Shown here: in pieces, positions 42,835 to 55,924 of the stretch
Layout of the letters: each line of letters begins with the position of its first letter
How positions within the stretch are numbered: the first letter of the stretch is position 1
Assembly: GCA_002269645.1 (NCBI GenBank)
Contig: NIVC01003852.1
Location: 1 to 64,000, forward strand
Length of the DNA: 64,000 nt
DNA from: Macrostomum lignano
Lineage: Eukaryota
Reading direction: 5' to 3'
The notes under the pieces: generated by a model
What the model was told of the DNA's origin: nothing
The model's database searches: none
What the model saw: the letters and a program-made list of their open reading frames with translations, nothing else
Translations under genes and position numbers: made by a program

Positions 42835-43655
42835 ACGCTCAGCTTCAGGACACAGTCCCGACAGTGTTAGATGAGTCCGCACCGCTCAGCTTCAGGACAC
42901 AGTCCCGACAGTGTTAGATGAGTCCGCACCGCTCAGCTTCAGGACACAGTCCCGACAGTGTTAGATGAGTCCGCACCGCTCAGCTTCAGGACACAGTCCC
43001 GACAGTGTTAGATGAGTCCGCACCGCTCAGCTTCAGGACACAGTCCCGACAGTGTTAGATGAGTCCGCACCGCTCAGCTTCAGGACACAGTCCCGACAGT
43101 GTTAGATGAGTCCGCACCGCTCAGCTTCAGGACACAGTCCCGACAGTGTTAGATGAGTCCGCACCGCTCAGCTTCAGGACACAGTCCCGACAGTGTTAAA
43201 TGAGTCCGCACCGCTCAGCTTCAGGACACAGTCCCGACAGTGTTAGATGAGTCCGCACCGCTCAGCTTCAGGACACAGTCCCGACAGTGTTAGATGAGTC
43301 CGCACTGCTCAGCTTCAGGACACAGTCCCGACAGTGTTAGATGAGTCCGCACCGCTCAGCTTCAGGACACAGTCCCGACAGTGTTAGATGAGTCCGCACC
43401 GCTCAGCTTCAGGACACAGTCCCGACAGTGTTAGATGAGTCCGCACCGCTCAGCTTCAGGACACAGTCCCGACAGTGTTAGATGAGTCCGCACCGCTCAG
43501 CTTCAGGACACAGTCCCGACAGTGTTAGATGAGTCCGCACCGCTCAGCTTCAGGACACAGTCCCGACAGTGTTAGATGAGTCCGCACCGCTCAGCTTCAG
43601 GACACAGTCCCGACAGTGTTAGATGAGTCCGCACCGCTCAGCTTCAGGACACAGT
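42835..43655. repeat. Minisatellite, 47-bp unit (tcagcttcaggacacagtcccgacagtgttagatgagtccgcaccgc), ~17 copies
   Basis: agtcccgac at 42901 and 42948. Confidence 0.97.
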
Positions 43656-44089
43656 CCAGACGGGTGCACAAATTTTTAGCCCATTTATTAACTGCTACCA
43701 GACAATGTCACTGCAGTACTGCGAATAAAGTCAATGGCGTTTGCAGAGGCTCAGGAGATCTGCATTTACTCATAAAATTGACAACTCATCTCGCCGCAGA
43801 CCGGCAGTGCCAAAAAGCATTAAGTGTCAGCTCGGATGCAGCGCTCAGGTCAGCCTGCAGGTCTTGATTCGATATGGATTCGGGCCAGACCGCCCCGACA
43901 GGCAGCCCACCAGATAATTGGGGGTCTCAGAGGCTGCGCGAGCCGTTTTGCTTCTCGGTGCCTTTTAGTGCTCTTGCTCGCCGAATCGCTGGATCCCATT
44001 TAGGGAATTCCGCGAGCTGCTCAAACAGCAGGGCTAGATAAACGAGGCACTGCTCCAAAGTAAACTGACTGGCGTTAGCCTCTATGAGT

Positions 44090-44292
44090 ATAACCCCAAA
44101 CCTCAGTGACCCACCACAGCTTGCAGGAATCCCAAACCCCAGTGACCCACCACAGCCTGCAGTAATCCCAAACCTCAGTGACCCACCACAGCCTGTAGTA
44201 ACCCCAAACCTCAGTGACCCACCACAGCCTGCAGTAACCCCAAACCTCAGTGACCCACCACAGCCTGCAGTAACCCCAGGCCTCAGTGACCC
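44090..44292. repeat. Minisatellite, 36-bp unit (aaccccaaacctcagtgacccaccacagcctgcagt), ~6 copies
   Basis: Direct tandem periodicity. Confidence 0.9.
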
Positions 44293-44814
44293 ATCAGTCG
44301 CTGTCCCCAGGTCAGGTATAAATACGTGTTTCAAATGAATCGAAGCAAATTTTATGCAGATGTTTCTTACTGCCCACTTTACCAATGGAAAATGACTGGC
44401 AATATCCACAAGCCAGATGGAGCTCATCAGCTCATTAAGCAGAAAGCTGAGCCCACCTGCAGCAACAGCAGGGCACAGCCTGACAGTCGGGCTGGACTCT
44501 GGACTGCACGCAGGAAAACGGGCAACGGCTCAGCCAGGGCTGAGAGATCAGCAGCAGTAGCGGCATCAGCAGCGGCAGCAGTTGGCAGTTGGGGTAGCAG
44601 CTGCCCCCCCCCCTTTGTCTCTGCAGGACTGGCTGGCCCGCAGCGGTCCGGGACCCCCCCCCTCAGCTGCACCTCTCTAAGTTACCTGGCCCGTTCTGAG
44701 CAGCCTGCTGGCCATCAATGATTGATTGCGCTGAGCTGCTGCTGCTGCAGCGGTGGATGCAGCGGCAGGCCGGAGGGGGTCACGCAATTGAGATCCTCAG
44801 CTGTTGAGCCGCTT

Positions 44815-45110
44815 CCAGCCCTCAGATTGAAATCCCCAGCTGCTCACAGCCCTCAGATTGAAATCCCCAGCTGCTCACAGCCCTCAGATTGAAATCCCCA
44901 GCTGCTCACAGCCCTCAGATTGAAATCCCCAACTGCTCACAGCTCACAGATGGAAATCCCCAACTGCTCACAGCTCACAGATGGAAATCCCCAGCTGCTC
45001 ACAGCTCACAGATGGAAATCCCCAGCTGCTCACAGCCCACAGATTGAAATCCCCAGCTGCTCACAGCCCTCAGATTGAAATCCCCAGCTGCTCACAGCCC
45101 ACAGATTGAA
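44815..45110. repeat. Minisatellite, 31-bp unit (cagccctcagattgaaatccccagctgctca), ~9 copies
   Basis: ctcagatt at 44821 and 44852. Confidence 0.92.
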
Positions 45111-45114
45111 ATAA

Positions 45115-48100
45115 TCAACTACCCGGCCGCTCCCAGCCTTCACACTGGACGTTCAGAAGTCTCAAGGTCGGCGCGCCGGCCAGCCGCGGCATCTCGACCT
45201 GCTGCTGCCGCCGCAGCCGTTGTCACCGCTGGCGGCATCGTCGTCAGCAGCAGCGGCGGCGGCGGGCCTGACGCCTGGCGACGAGGCGGCGCCGCCGAGG
45301 TCGCCGTTCGCGCCGCCGCCTCCACCGCAGCCGACGCCGACAGCGGGTCTCCGCGACGAGGTCGGCTGGCTGGAGTGGTCGCGCGACCGGCGGCGCTGCG
45401 ACACCGAGGCGTCGATCGAGGAGGGGGCGATCCCGACGCTGCCGCCGCCGGTGCACAAGAAAAAGCCGGCGGCGCGGAAAAATTCCGGCCGAGGCGGGCG
45501 CGGCGGGCGGAAGCGGCGTCGGCACCACAAGCCGGACGAGCCGGAGCTGACGCTGGCGCAGTGGAGCCGCCTGTTGGCCTTCTGGCAGCACCCGTTCTTC
45601 GTCCGCTCCCGCCAGCTGGCGCTGCTGCTGCTGGCGCTGGCCGTTGTCACCGGCGTCACCAGCCTCAGCAGCCGGTCCTGGGCCTTCTACATGCTGGGTG
45701 AGCGGACTGGCAGCTCCGACTCGCTAGGGATTTAAATGCGTTCTCTGGTCTGCACTCTGCTGAGCTCATTCCCTAGTAACTGTGGTTGCTGACTGTACTC
45801 AACAAATCTTATTTCCAGTCTACTATACAGTCTATTCCGTTATGCATTCCACAGTCTACTCAACAATCTACTTCTCAATCTACTTCACAGTCTACTGAAC
45901 AATCTACTCCACAATCTACTCCACAATCTACTTCATAATTTACTCAACAATCTACTCCTCAATCTAAATCACAATCTACTCAAGAATCTACTCTGCAATC
46001 TACTCTACAATCTACTCCACAATCTACTCCACAATCTACTCCACAATCTACTCCACAATCTACTTCTTAATCTACTTCACAGCCTACTCAACAATCTACT
46101 CCACCACCAACTTCAGACCGCCTCCCATTCGCTTTAACTGGCCAGCAGCAGGCCAGCACCGCAACCGGCTCGTGTCGCCCCTTCCTCACCGATTTCTCGG
46201 GGGAAATTGTCCCAGCCAGGACCAGTTCCCACCCCCACTCGAAGCCATTGTATCTGACGCCACCGAAAAAGGAATTTCAGTGGGCGGTTCGCGGGAAAAA
46301 TGGATGCAGACTCAGAGTGGCGCCTAATTGGGGTGGCGGTCCCAGCCTCCGCTCCAGCCGGCAGTTGCACCCAGGATTAATATTCCGCGTATTCTGACAC
46401 GCTCGCTGACCTCGATTTTGGCCCTAACAAGGAAAATTTAGCAATTTTTGTTTCCCCTCAAAGAAGTTAAAAATTTTAACGCCCGAAAAACCGAAAACGA
46501 GGCGAAGCAGAAACTCGAACAGGGCCAGAGACTCAAGTTGTCAGCTGTTGAGGCCACTGGGAGACTCTGCTGCACATTCTGACAGTCAGCAAACTGATGG
46601 GTCATGTGGCAAGCTCTCAGAGCTGACAGTCAGCATACTGATGGGTCATGCGGCAAGCTCTCAGAGCTGACAGTCAGCAAACTGATGGGTCATGCGGCAA
46701 GCTCTCAGAGCTGACAGTCAGCAAGCTGATGGGTCATGCGGCAAGCTCTCAGAGCTGACAGTCAGCAAACTGATGGGTCATGCGGCAAGCTCTCAGAGCT
46801 GACAATCAGCAAACTGATGGGTCATGCGGCAAGCTCTCAGAGCTGACAGTCAGCAAACTGATGGGTCATGCGGCAAGCTCTCAGAGCTGACAGTCAGCAA
46901 ACTGATGGGTCATGCGGCAAGCTCTCAGAGCTGACAGTCAGCAAACTGATGGGTCATGCGGCAAGCTCTCAGAGCTGACAGTCAGCAAGCTGATGGGTCA
47001 TGCGGCAAGCCCTCAGAGCTGACAGTCAGCAAGTTGAATGCTAAAGAGCCAGGTTCAACTGTTTAAACCTCAACTATTTAAACCTCAATTCAACAAAAGA
47101 TTCTGCAGCTGACTACTTATCAGTAGAGTAGCGAGCAAATTATTTTATTTTAAATTTATGCTTAAGAAAACGCTTGCGCTTGAAAATAGATTTCGTCTGA
47201 CCCGCAGAAAATTCGACCCAGGTGATGTCCGGCCTGTGGGACACCTGCTTCCTGGCCAACGGCACGTGCGTGCACAACTTCCAGCTGCACTCGCTCTACA
47301 TCGATGCTCACGGTGAGGAGGTTGCGCTAAAAAAACCGAGAGGGCTCAGCTGCCGCCCCTGCCAGTCTGAGGAGCAGAAAACTTCCGCCAGTCAGTCAGG
47401 AAAGGCGTTGGGCTTCCCGTTTCTCCCATCTGCTTGGTGCGCAGCCACCGCCCCTGCCGCCCCCGGCTCAACAGTGCGAGTGCAGGGGGTGACCGGCCTC
47501 CAAGCCGCCCGCTCACAGCCCGGCCTGCCTTCCTGTCTGCACCAGCTAAAAGTTCTCCAGCCTCGCCAGAGCTCCCTTCTAGTGGATTCCCCGGCTGCGA
47601 GTTACTGCAGCTCCGCGGCTTCCTGCGGTGCCGCCTCCTCCGGCCCTTCGGTGGTGAACTGGATTCGCTAAGGACATTAAGACAGGCAGACACAGGCAGA
47701 CGCTAAGACAGGCAGACACAGGCAGACGCTAAGACAGGCAGACACAGGCAGACGCTAAGACAGGCAGACACAGGCAGACGCTAATGCAGGCAGACACAGG
47801 CAGACACAGGCAGATACAGACAGACGCTAAGACACAGGCAGACACAGGCAGATACAGACAAACGCTAAGACACAGGAAGACAGGCAGACACAGGCAGACA
47901 CAGGCAGATACAGACAAACGCTAAGACACAGGAAGACAGGCAGACACAGGCAGACACAGACAGACACAGGCAGAAACAAGCAGAAACAAGCAGACACAGG
48001 CAGACACAGGCAAACACTGGCAGACACAGGGAGACACAGGCAGACACAGGCAGACACAGGCAGACACAGGCAGACACAGGCAGGCCATGAGACCCGGGGT

Positions 48101-51100
48101 GCAGGGGAAAGTGCAGCCCGCATCACTTGATCGAGCGCGCAGCCGAGAGGGGTGGCAGCCGCCCAGCAGCTCCCCGCCTCCAGCCGGGCGGCTCGACGGA
48201 GTTGGTAGCGCAAGGAGGGCAGAAGTTGGAAAATGAATGAGGCAGAGAAACTGCGATGGAAAGAAATATGGGCGGATGCGAGGGGACAGAAGTGGGAGGA
48301 GAGTTGGGGGGAGGGAGACAGACACCCGGACCAGGGAAAACTCAGCAGAGGGGAAACCCGAGACTGGGATTGGGAAGACCGATGAGGATAGGAGCAAGGG
48401 TAGCAGTGAGGACCCGCTGCCCAAACCCTGCCAGCGTCGCGGAGCTGCAGGCCGGCAGGGGGAAGAAAGGGGGATCTCAGCTGGTTTGATCCGGCGGCCG
48501 CTTCGATCCGCCTTCTGCTTCTGGCCGACCGCTTGGCGTTTCCGCCAGCCCGGAATTCGCGAACAGCCGGCCGGGCAGGCGGCCTCCCGCAGGCGCTGGC
48601 TGGGCGGAGGGCGGAGGGGGGCAGCGGCTGCATCGCCAGCTGGCCTCATCCCGTCAACTCATTTATCCCCGCCCACTACCACTGCTGCTGCAGCTGGTGG
48701 CCTCGTGCCGCAGTGGTGAATTGAATCAGCAGCCGCTGGCCTCCAGCCGGCAGATCAGCCGGGGACGCCAGTTCCGGGGAGGCGGGCTGCGAAGGGCGCC
48801 ACCAGCCTCATCCGGGATCGCGCAGGAATTATTTATGCGCCGAGCTGGGGGGGGGGCTCTGGGAGACTGGGGAAATCCGAGACAGAAGGCTCTCCGCCCG
48901 AAGAGTAGAGATGAAGAACGGAGAGGCTGGATAGGCAAGTGGAGTGCAAAGAAAATGAAACTGAGAGGGGAGCTCTCTAAGGCGGGGCATCAGATTGATG
49001 GCGCGCTCTGCTCAGCTGAGGCTGTCGCTTCCAAAGCGGGCTGCCCCGCCCCAGCTGAGCCGGTGCCAAAATTCCAGCGGGCAGATGCAGCTGCTGGCGG
49101 GGCCGCGGCACGCGAGGCAGCGCGCCGCAATGGAGGAGGCGCTGGCGGCGGCTGGTCCCCCGGTGACCCGTTGAGCCGCCGTTTGCTTCGCCCTCGCCGG
49201 ACACCCGGCCAGGCGGGGAATTTGCAGAACTGGCCGAGGCAAATGCCGCTGCTGTGAGTGGGAAGTGGGAAGTGATGAAGCATGAGGGACAGGGATGCTG
49301 GGCAGCCTGAGTGAGATGGGGCTGGGGCATCGGAAGGGGCAGCGGCGGCGGATTAAGGCGCGGGCTCACCTGCAGGCTGTACTTTCTCTCCGCCTTCATT
49401 TCTCCCCTGCCGGCCTCGGGAGCTGATCTGAGCTCGCCGTGGATGCCGCGGCCTCCCCCAGCCTCCTCCGTCTGAGGTGTCGCGGGACTTCGAGGATCCG
49501 CGGGGAGGAGCCGTTGCCTCCACACCCTCCCCCGCCGCGGGAAGAGGCGAAAGCGGAGTCGCGGAGAGTAAGCTGGAAGCTGGAAGCCTCATCTCTGCGG
49601 AGGGCGGCAGCGGGTGGCCGCCCAGTGGCTGGCGGCCGGGCGGCCAACCCGAAGTGGAGGCCCCCCGGGGCTCTCGTGAGGGAAAAGTCGAGACGGGCAG
49701 GGCCCAGCTTCCCACAGATTCCCCTTCACTCTGTCGCGACCCGCTGCCCTCGCCCGAATTTCCCGCGCCGGAGCTCCCGACCGACTTCCGGGCGACTGAA
49801 GGCCCCCCGCCATCCAGCGAGTCAACCTGCAGCGATGTTGTCGACGCTTTCGCTGCCTCTGCCGCCGCCTCCGGTGCCGCCGCTGCCATGAGCGGCCGCC
49901 GGCGCAGTCGGCACCCGCCGCCGGATGAAGTCGCTGAAGAATTTCCTGAGCTTCAAGGTGCCGGACAACAGCGCCTACGAGCAGCGCGTTTACACCGAAG
50001 ATTTCTGCTTCCAGGAGAAGCGGCGGCTGCGCTGGCGCTGCAGCGGCGCCGGAGCCTCCGTTCTGGCGCTCATCCTGTACGCCAACATGCTGCACCCGGC
50101 CTCCCACTGGACGGCCGGGCCGGCTGGCGGCGGCGGCGGCGAAGGCAGCGGCCGCGGCTCCGCCTGGTCCAGCCTGTGGGACGCCTGCTTCCTGCTGGCC
50201 TTTAACAAAACCGTGCCGCACGAGCTGCAGCACGTCAGCTGCGAGCACTTCGTGCCAGGTAGCTGCTGGCCCGCCACTGACAGCTGCGCCAGCCAGCCCA
50301 TACCCGCCAGCCCATACCCGCCAGCCCATACCCGCCAGCCCATACCCGCCAGCCCATACCCACCAGCCCATCCCCGCCAGCCCATACCCGCCAGCCCATA
50401 CCCACCAGCCCATCCCCGCCAGCCCATACCCGCCAGCCCATACCCGCCAGCCCATACCCGCCAGCCCATACCCGCCAGCCCATACCCGCCAGCTCATACC
50501 CGCCAGCTCATACCCGCCAGTTCGTACCCGCCAGCTCATACCCGCCAGCTCATACCCGCCAGTTCGTACCCGCCAGCTCATACCCGCCAGCTCATACCCG
50601 CCAGTTCGTACCCACCAGCTCATACTCGCCAGCCCAGTGGTCTAGCATGATCATGTGACAGGCCCAGGCTCGATTCCAAGTGCAGTCCTATTAATTCGAA
50701 GCTAAATGGGAATCTCGGGTTCGCTCTGCTCGTGAAATTAACGCCCTTTAGGGCCAACCTTCAAGGCACAGTGAAGTGTACATGCCTAACGATAAATACA
50801 CTCCTGTGTGAGGGTGTGCCTGTGCGTATGACTGCGTACGTATCCGCGCGCTTGTGTGCCTGCTCAGTGGAGTCGGCGGAATGGGCAGCAATGCCTCTCC
50901 CCGTTTGTGTGCGACAATGTCGCTTAAAGTTCACCAGGCTGCACGCAGCCCCTGCCTCTGATAAAAAATACCCTCCGGCTGCTCAAAGTCCCATCGCACC
51001 GCTTCGCCCACCTCCAATGGAACCCCGCAGACTGGCAGAAAGCGATCATCGGCCTGCTGTTCTTCTCCGTGCTGTTCGCTGCCATTGGCTCCGTGCTGGC

Positions 51101-51454
51101 CGTCTGCGGCCTCTGTGCCGGCCACCTGCCCAGAAAGATGTACTATTATCATTCTGCCGGCGAGATCTTCTTCGTGTCCGGTGAGACTCCGGCTTCTGCA
51201 GTGCCTAAACCTGTCACTTGGGGTCTGTCACACTGATCTGTCACCCCTAAAAAGTCCAACCAGAAAGCAGCCGTCACGCACAAGAGTTAAAAGAGTCCCG
51301 GCTGCCTCAGCCCACCCTGAGCTCCTGAGCTCCATCCTCAAGCCGCAGCAGTAAAATGGCGGCCTTGAAAATTGAATTATGCAAAAATTTGCATCCACCG
51401 AAACACGCGGCCTGCCCGGCTGCTCAAATCTTAATGGAATAAAGCCAGCCAGCT

Positions 51455-51498
<44 letters not shown>

Positions 51499-53290
51499 GC
51501 GGCGACGAAATCCGCGACCCGCGCCCGGAGTGGCGGACAAAAGCGAGCGGAGACTAACAGGATTACGCCGTGCCTGAGAATGCACTTATCTACTGACTGC
51601 CCCCAGTTCCGATGAAGATGATAAAATTCCCACAAGGACTCAGTAGCCGCCCCACGCCGCTTGTCGAGCTGGGGGAGGGGGAAAGTGCAGCGAGGCTCTG
51701 GTGAGGAGAGGAAACGGCCGGGATGGAAGCGACTCCATGCAACTGCTTCAGTGCAATCGATTTCTTGAGCTGCCCAAAGCTTTGACGCCAAATTGGGGCT
51801 TCCATGCCCAGCTGAGAAGTGGGAATGAACTTCTGCGGGTGCCCGGGGCGGGACGGAACCGGCCTGCCCTGCCCAACCCCGACTCTGCAACTTCAAAGTG
51901 AATTTTAAAGCCAGCTCTGCTAGAAGCAGTTTGTTTGACTGAAAATTCACTGGGTATTTGTTGCATAGCATGACGAATTAATAACGTAACTTTGGAGTAC
52001 AATGCATACGTTATCTACTCCAGACACTGTTGTCCTTGCACCACTTTTTTCGCCAACAAAAGTAACCTCGCTCTGTCAATAATAGCCACCTCACTCCGCC
52101 AACAACAGCCACCTCACTCCGCCAGAAACAGCCACCTCACTCCGCTAGAAACAGCCGCCTCACTCCGCCAACAACAGCCACCTCACTCCGCCAGAAACAG
52201 CCACCTCACTCCGCTAGAAACAGCCGCCTCACTCCGCCAACAACAGCCACCTCACTTCGCCAGAAACAGCCACCTCACTCCGCCAGAAACAGCCACCTCA
52301 CTCCGCCAGAAACAGCCACCTCACTCCGCCAGAAACAGCCACCTCACTCCGCCAACAACAGCCACCTCACTTCGCCAGAAACAGCCACCTCACTCCGCCA
52401 ACAACAGCCACCTCACTCCGCCAACAACAGCCACCTCACTCCGCCAACAACAGCCACCTCACTCCGCCAGAAACAGCCACCTCACTCCGCCAACAACAGC
52501 CACCTCACTCCGCCAGAAACAGCCACCTCACTCCGCTAGAAACTGCCACCTCACTCCGCCAACAACAGCCACCTCACTCCGCCAGAAACAGCCACCTCAC
52601 TCCGCCAACAACAACCACCTCACTCCGCCAACAACAGCCACCTCACTCCGCCAACAACAGCCACCTCACTCCGCCAGAAACAGCCACCGTACTCCGCCAG
52701 AAACAGCCACCTCACTCCGCCAACAACAGCCACCTCACTCCGCCAGAAACAGCCACCTCACTCCGCTAGAAACTGCCACCTCACTCCGCCAACAACAGCC
52801 ACCTCACTCCGCCAGAAACAGCCACCTCACTCCGCCAACAACAGCCACCTCACTCCGCCAACAACAGCCACCTCACTCCGCCAACAACAGCCACCTCACT
52901 CCGCCAACAACAGCCACCTTAATCCGCCAACAACAACCACTTATAAAAGATAGCAAATCACCAATAAAATACAAGCTGCCTCATTTTCTTTGCTCTATAC
53001 CTCCCTCATTTTAACAGCCACATCATTCCATTTGCCCGTCCGCAGCTGTGGCCACCACCATAGCAGTCGGCGTGTATCCCTACGTTGTGCAGCGCTTTGT
53101 CTATCAGTCGGCCAGCTACGGCTACGGCTACGGCCTGGGCTGGGTCACGGCCGGCCTGCTGTACCTGGCCTCGCTCAGCATGATGCTGGACGACCTGGTG
53201 CGCGAGTCCTCTCGGCCCCGGCCCTGGACGGTCTTGTGCTGCTTCTGCCCGGCCGTGCACCGTTCCGGCGATCACCCGCAGCCAGTCTGA
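45115..53290 (+). CDS. Claudin/PMP22-family tetraspan protein, isoform A (start exon unresolved)
   Basis: Exon ending at 45697 (TM1 [22 protein letters not shown]), exon 47208-47312 (SGLWDTC..GTC, the claudin GLW-C-C signature), exon 51031-51180 ([12 protein letters not shown]..., TM2-3) and exon 53046-53290 ([14 protein letters not shown], stop). All junctions are phase 1 and GT-AG. Confidence 0.8.
45855..46105. repeat. Intronic repeat, 12-bp unit (caatctactcca)
   Basis: Degenerate tandem units. Confidence 0.85.
46575..47035. repeat. Intronic minisatellite, 44-bp unit (tgacagtcagcaaactgatgggtcatgcggcaagctctcagagc), ~10 copies
   Basis: Direct tandem periodicity. Confidence 0.95.
47680..48082. 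repeat. Intronic repeat based on a 10-bp unit (gacacaggca)
   Basis: Tandem units with interruptions. Confidence 0.9.
49925..50258 (+). CDS. Alternative first coding exon (isoform B) of the claudin-like gene
   Basis: ATG 49925, TM1-like [26 protein letters not shown]...C motif, and a G|gtagct phase-1 donor that joins in frame to the 51031 acceptor. Confidence 0.72.
50290..50635. repeat. Intronic minisatellite, 14-bp unit (ccagcccatacccg)
   Basis: Starts ~30 nt after the isoform-B donor. Confidence 0.93.
50661..50970 (+). mobile_element. Dispersed SINE-like repeat, copy 2 (intronic, with a ~90-bp internal insertion)
   Basis: Collinear with 5734-5957. Confidence 0.6.
52085..52920. repeat. Intronic minisatellite, 23-bp unit (cagccacctcactccgccaacaa / ...agaaa)
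   Basis: About 36 units with alternating variants. Confidence 0.95.
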
Positions 53291-55924
53291 CTTCCTCGTC
53301 GGGGCTCATGTGCCGCTACCACCCTATCAGCCCGCTGCTGCCACCCGGAGCCGGCCGCCAGCTGGACTTGAAGCCCAAACAAAACACGCAGCGCCAACGC
53401 CAGGGTGCTAAATTTGTAGCAGTAAAGTGCGATGCGCCCGTCGCCCCCAGCTGAGCTTGTTATTCTTTTCTATGTACACAATTGGCACACATGTACACTA
53501 GATGTACATTCAGTGTGCGCAGAGCTACGTGCACTTCACTTAGATTGTCTTTGCGCTCAAAGATGAATGCTAATTAATGTTTGAGCACATTATTTTTGAA
53601 AGTATTCGATTCCCCCTCTTATTTGCCCTGCCCGCCCCAAATGCCATTTGATCGAATTTCCTCTGCAAGCCTCGCCTCTGTACCGAAGTCGGGCACAGGT
53701 CCTGTCGCTGTCATGCATATTTTTATACAATGCTATTATTTGAGTTCCTTACCACCTGCTTAGCTGCTATTAACGCTATAAACGCAATGATGCGCTGCGG
53801 CCCGCACTGCACCTGATGCTATATGAATAAACTAATTTTTAAAACTAATTCAATTCATACATTGCCACGTACAAAACTATTTCATGTTCTCGAACACAAG
53901 ACATCACAGGCACTGTGAAAGCCACACTCAGCTCTGCAGCCTCCGTCATCATCAATTAATAGACTGCATGGCTGGCCGCACCTGGCGGCGCTCGAGAGCC
54001 GAGCAGCAGCAGCCGGAGGGCCCAGCCTCGAACCCCACGGAAGCCTGGGCGGGCGGAAAGAGGCTGGGATGGAGCTGCTGAATTATTGAGGCAGGCAGCA
54101 GTCAGCCAAGCTCTTGGCAACAGATGCTCACCCCCCCATCCACCAGGCGTCTCTTGAGAGCGGCTCAGGGGGGGGGGCGCCCCGCTGCGCCAATTCTTAC
54201 TTTGTGAGGTGCGGGCCCGAGACCGCAGGCTGATAAGTGACTGCTGGCGGGACCGGGGGCGGCGGCACGGGGCGGGGCTGCCAGGCAGCTCGAATTCTTC
54301 GAATAAACTGCGCGCGTCCCCCCGCCGGCTCTCCCGCGGGATTTTTTTCCCATGCAACTCGAGCCGCTTCTTGCCGCTGCCCGGGCCTCCCCCCCCAGCT
54401 GGGCAATGAAATTGAAGCCGCCGCTGCTGCATTTTGCATGACACCCGACGGCTGACTCGAAAATCAACCGTCCTCGAACAACTCGCGTAGAGACGCGCAG
54501 GGGGGCGCCTCAAGTGCAGACTTGAGCACTGCGGCTCTGCAACAGGCGGACAGGCCGGCTGGTTGGCCCGGCCATGCAAAACTCGCAGCTGGCCGGGAAA
54601 GTGGGAAGCAGAAGCGCATAGAGAGGATGATGAAGGAGCTGCCGGAGGAGGCTGGATCGGATGGGGATCGATTTTTTGGCACTGGCGCCGGACTCGCGGG
54701 GCTGGCGGGGAATATTGACACGCCGGCCGGAGTGAAGAGCCCCCTTCCCAGCAGAATAACTGGGCTGGGGAAAATGCTCCCAGTGCTCCCAGCTGCCTAC
54801 CGCGGCTTCATTAAAGCCGGCAGGCCCGCACCAGCCAAGCCGCTGGCCGATCGCACGGGGCCGCATAGGTGAGACCGGGAGGCAGGCATGGCTGAACCAG
54901 ACAGGGGAGCCGAGGGGCTGGAATCGGGAGGCCGGGGGAGCGGCTTTCTAATGAACTGCCTGAGCCCGCCCGCGCCAGAGCGCCCGGTCCGTCCCAAATT
55001 GGGGAGCTGCAAGGCGCTGCGGGGACACAGGGGGGGGGGAGACAGTTGAAGAGATCTCCCATGCTTTCTGAGCCCGGCCGAGCGAGGGGCAAATTAGGCG
55101 GCCGGGCCTGCGAGCGGAAGATGGACTGCGGGGCAGCGGGTGGATGCGGGGGATTAGCGAGCCAGCCAGGGGAAAATAGTAGGGATTGAGCAGCAGGGAT
55201 TATGAGATAAGCGCGGATAAAATGGGTGCCAAACAGACCGGGGGAAGCCGGGAGGTCAGCAGCAGCCCCGCAGACTCCCAGCCGGGGGGGAAAGAAGGAT
55301 CTCCCGGGCATCCGCAGCGCTGCAAAAGTGCACGCCCGGGCTGGGAGATGCAGATGCGTATTTGAGAAGGCCGGGCCGTGCAGAGAGCAGCTGTCAGTCA
55401 GTGGAGCAGAGAAGAAGGGAAGGGCGCTGAGCGCCGGTCAAGGAGAATGAGTGCTCAAACCAGAGCAGTCCAGCGCCTGTTCCGCAACCAGCGATTTATC
55501 AACGGCTCTCATGAGTTGATCAATAGTATGAGAGCCGGGCCTGGGGCTCAATACTCATTTTACCGCAGCCCGGAGCGCTAAAGGTCTCCGTGTGCTTCAA
55601 ATTCCCTTTGCAAAAAACAAAGTCAGAGAACGAGCTGTGTGAGCAGTGAATTAATTTTTCAATTAAAATGTATTGGCTGCAACAAGAAATCCGTAATGTA
55701 CGATCTGCCTGAGAAAATCTAAAAACAAAAATATTTCTTCCATATCTGACGTGACAAAAATTGCACAAGAAGTTGGAGAATCAGGACTAAATGATATAAT
55801 ATAACTTTTGATGGCATTGAAATATTGGGACGGCAGTGCCCCCCACCCCCTGCAAAATTATTTGGCAGGCAATTGCCCACACTGTCCCCCACGGCTCCGC
55901 TGCGCCTGTGTAGCAGCGAGATCC

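Noticed and set aside
48100-49900. Many overlapping GC-rich ORFs (also 53950-55600)
   Set aside because: No consistent codon bias, domain or splice pattern. More likely GC-rich regulatory or UTR sequence.
51992-53014. 340-aa [14 protein letters not shown] repeat ORF
   Set aside because: A 23-bp intronic array between claudin exons, with no coding-type start or splice context.
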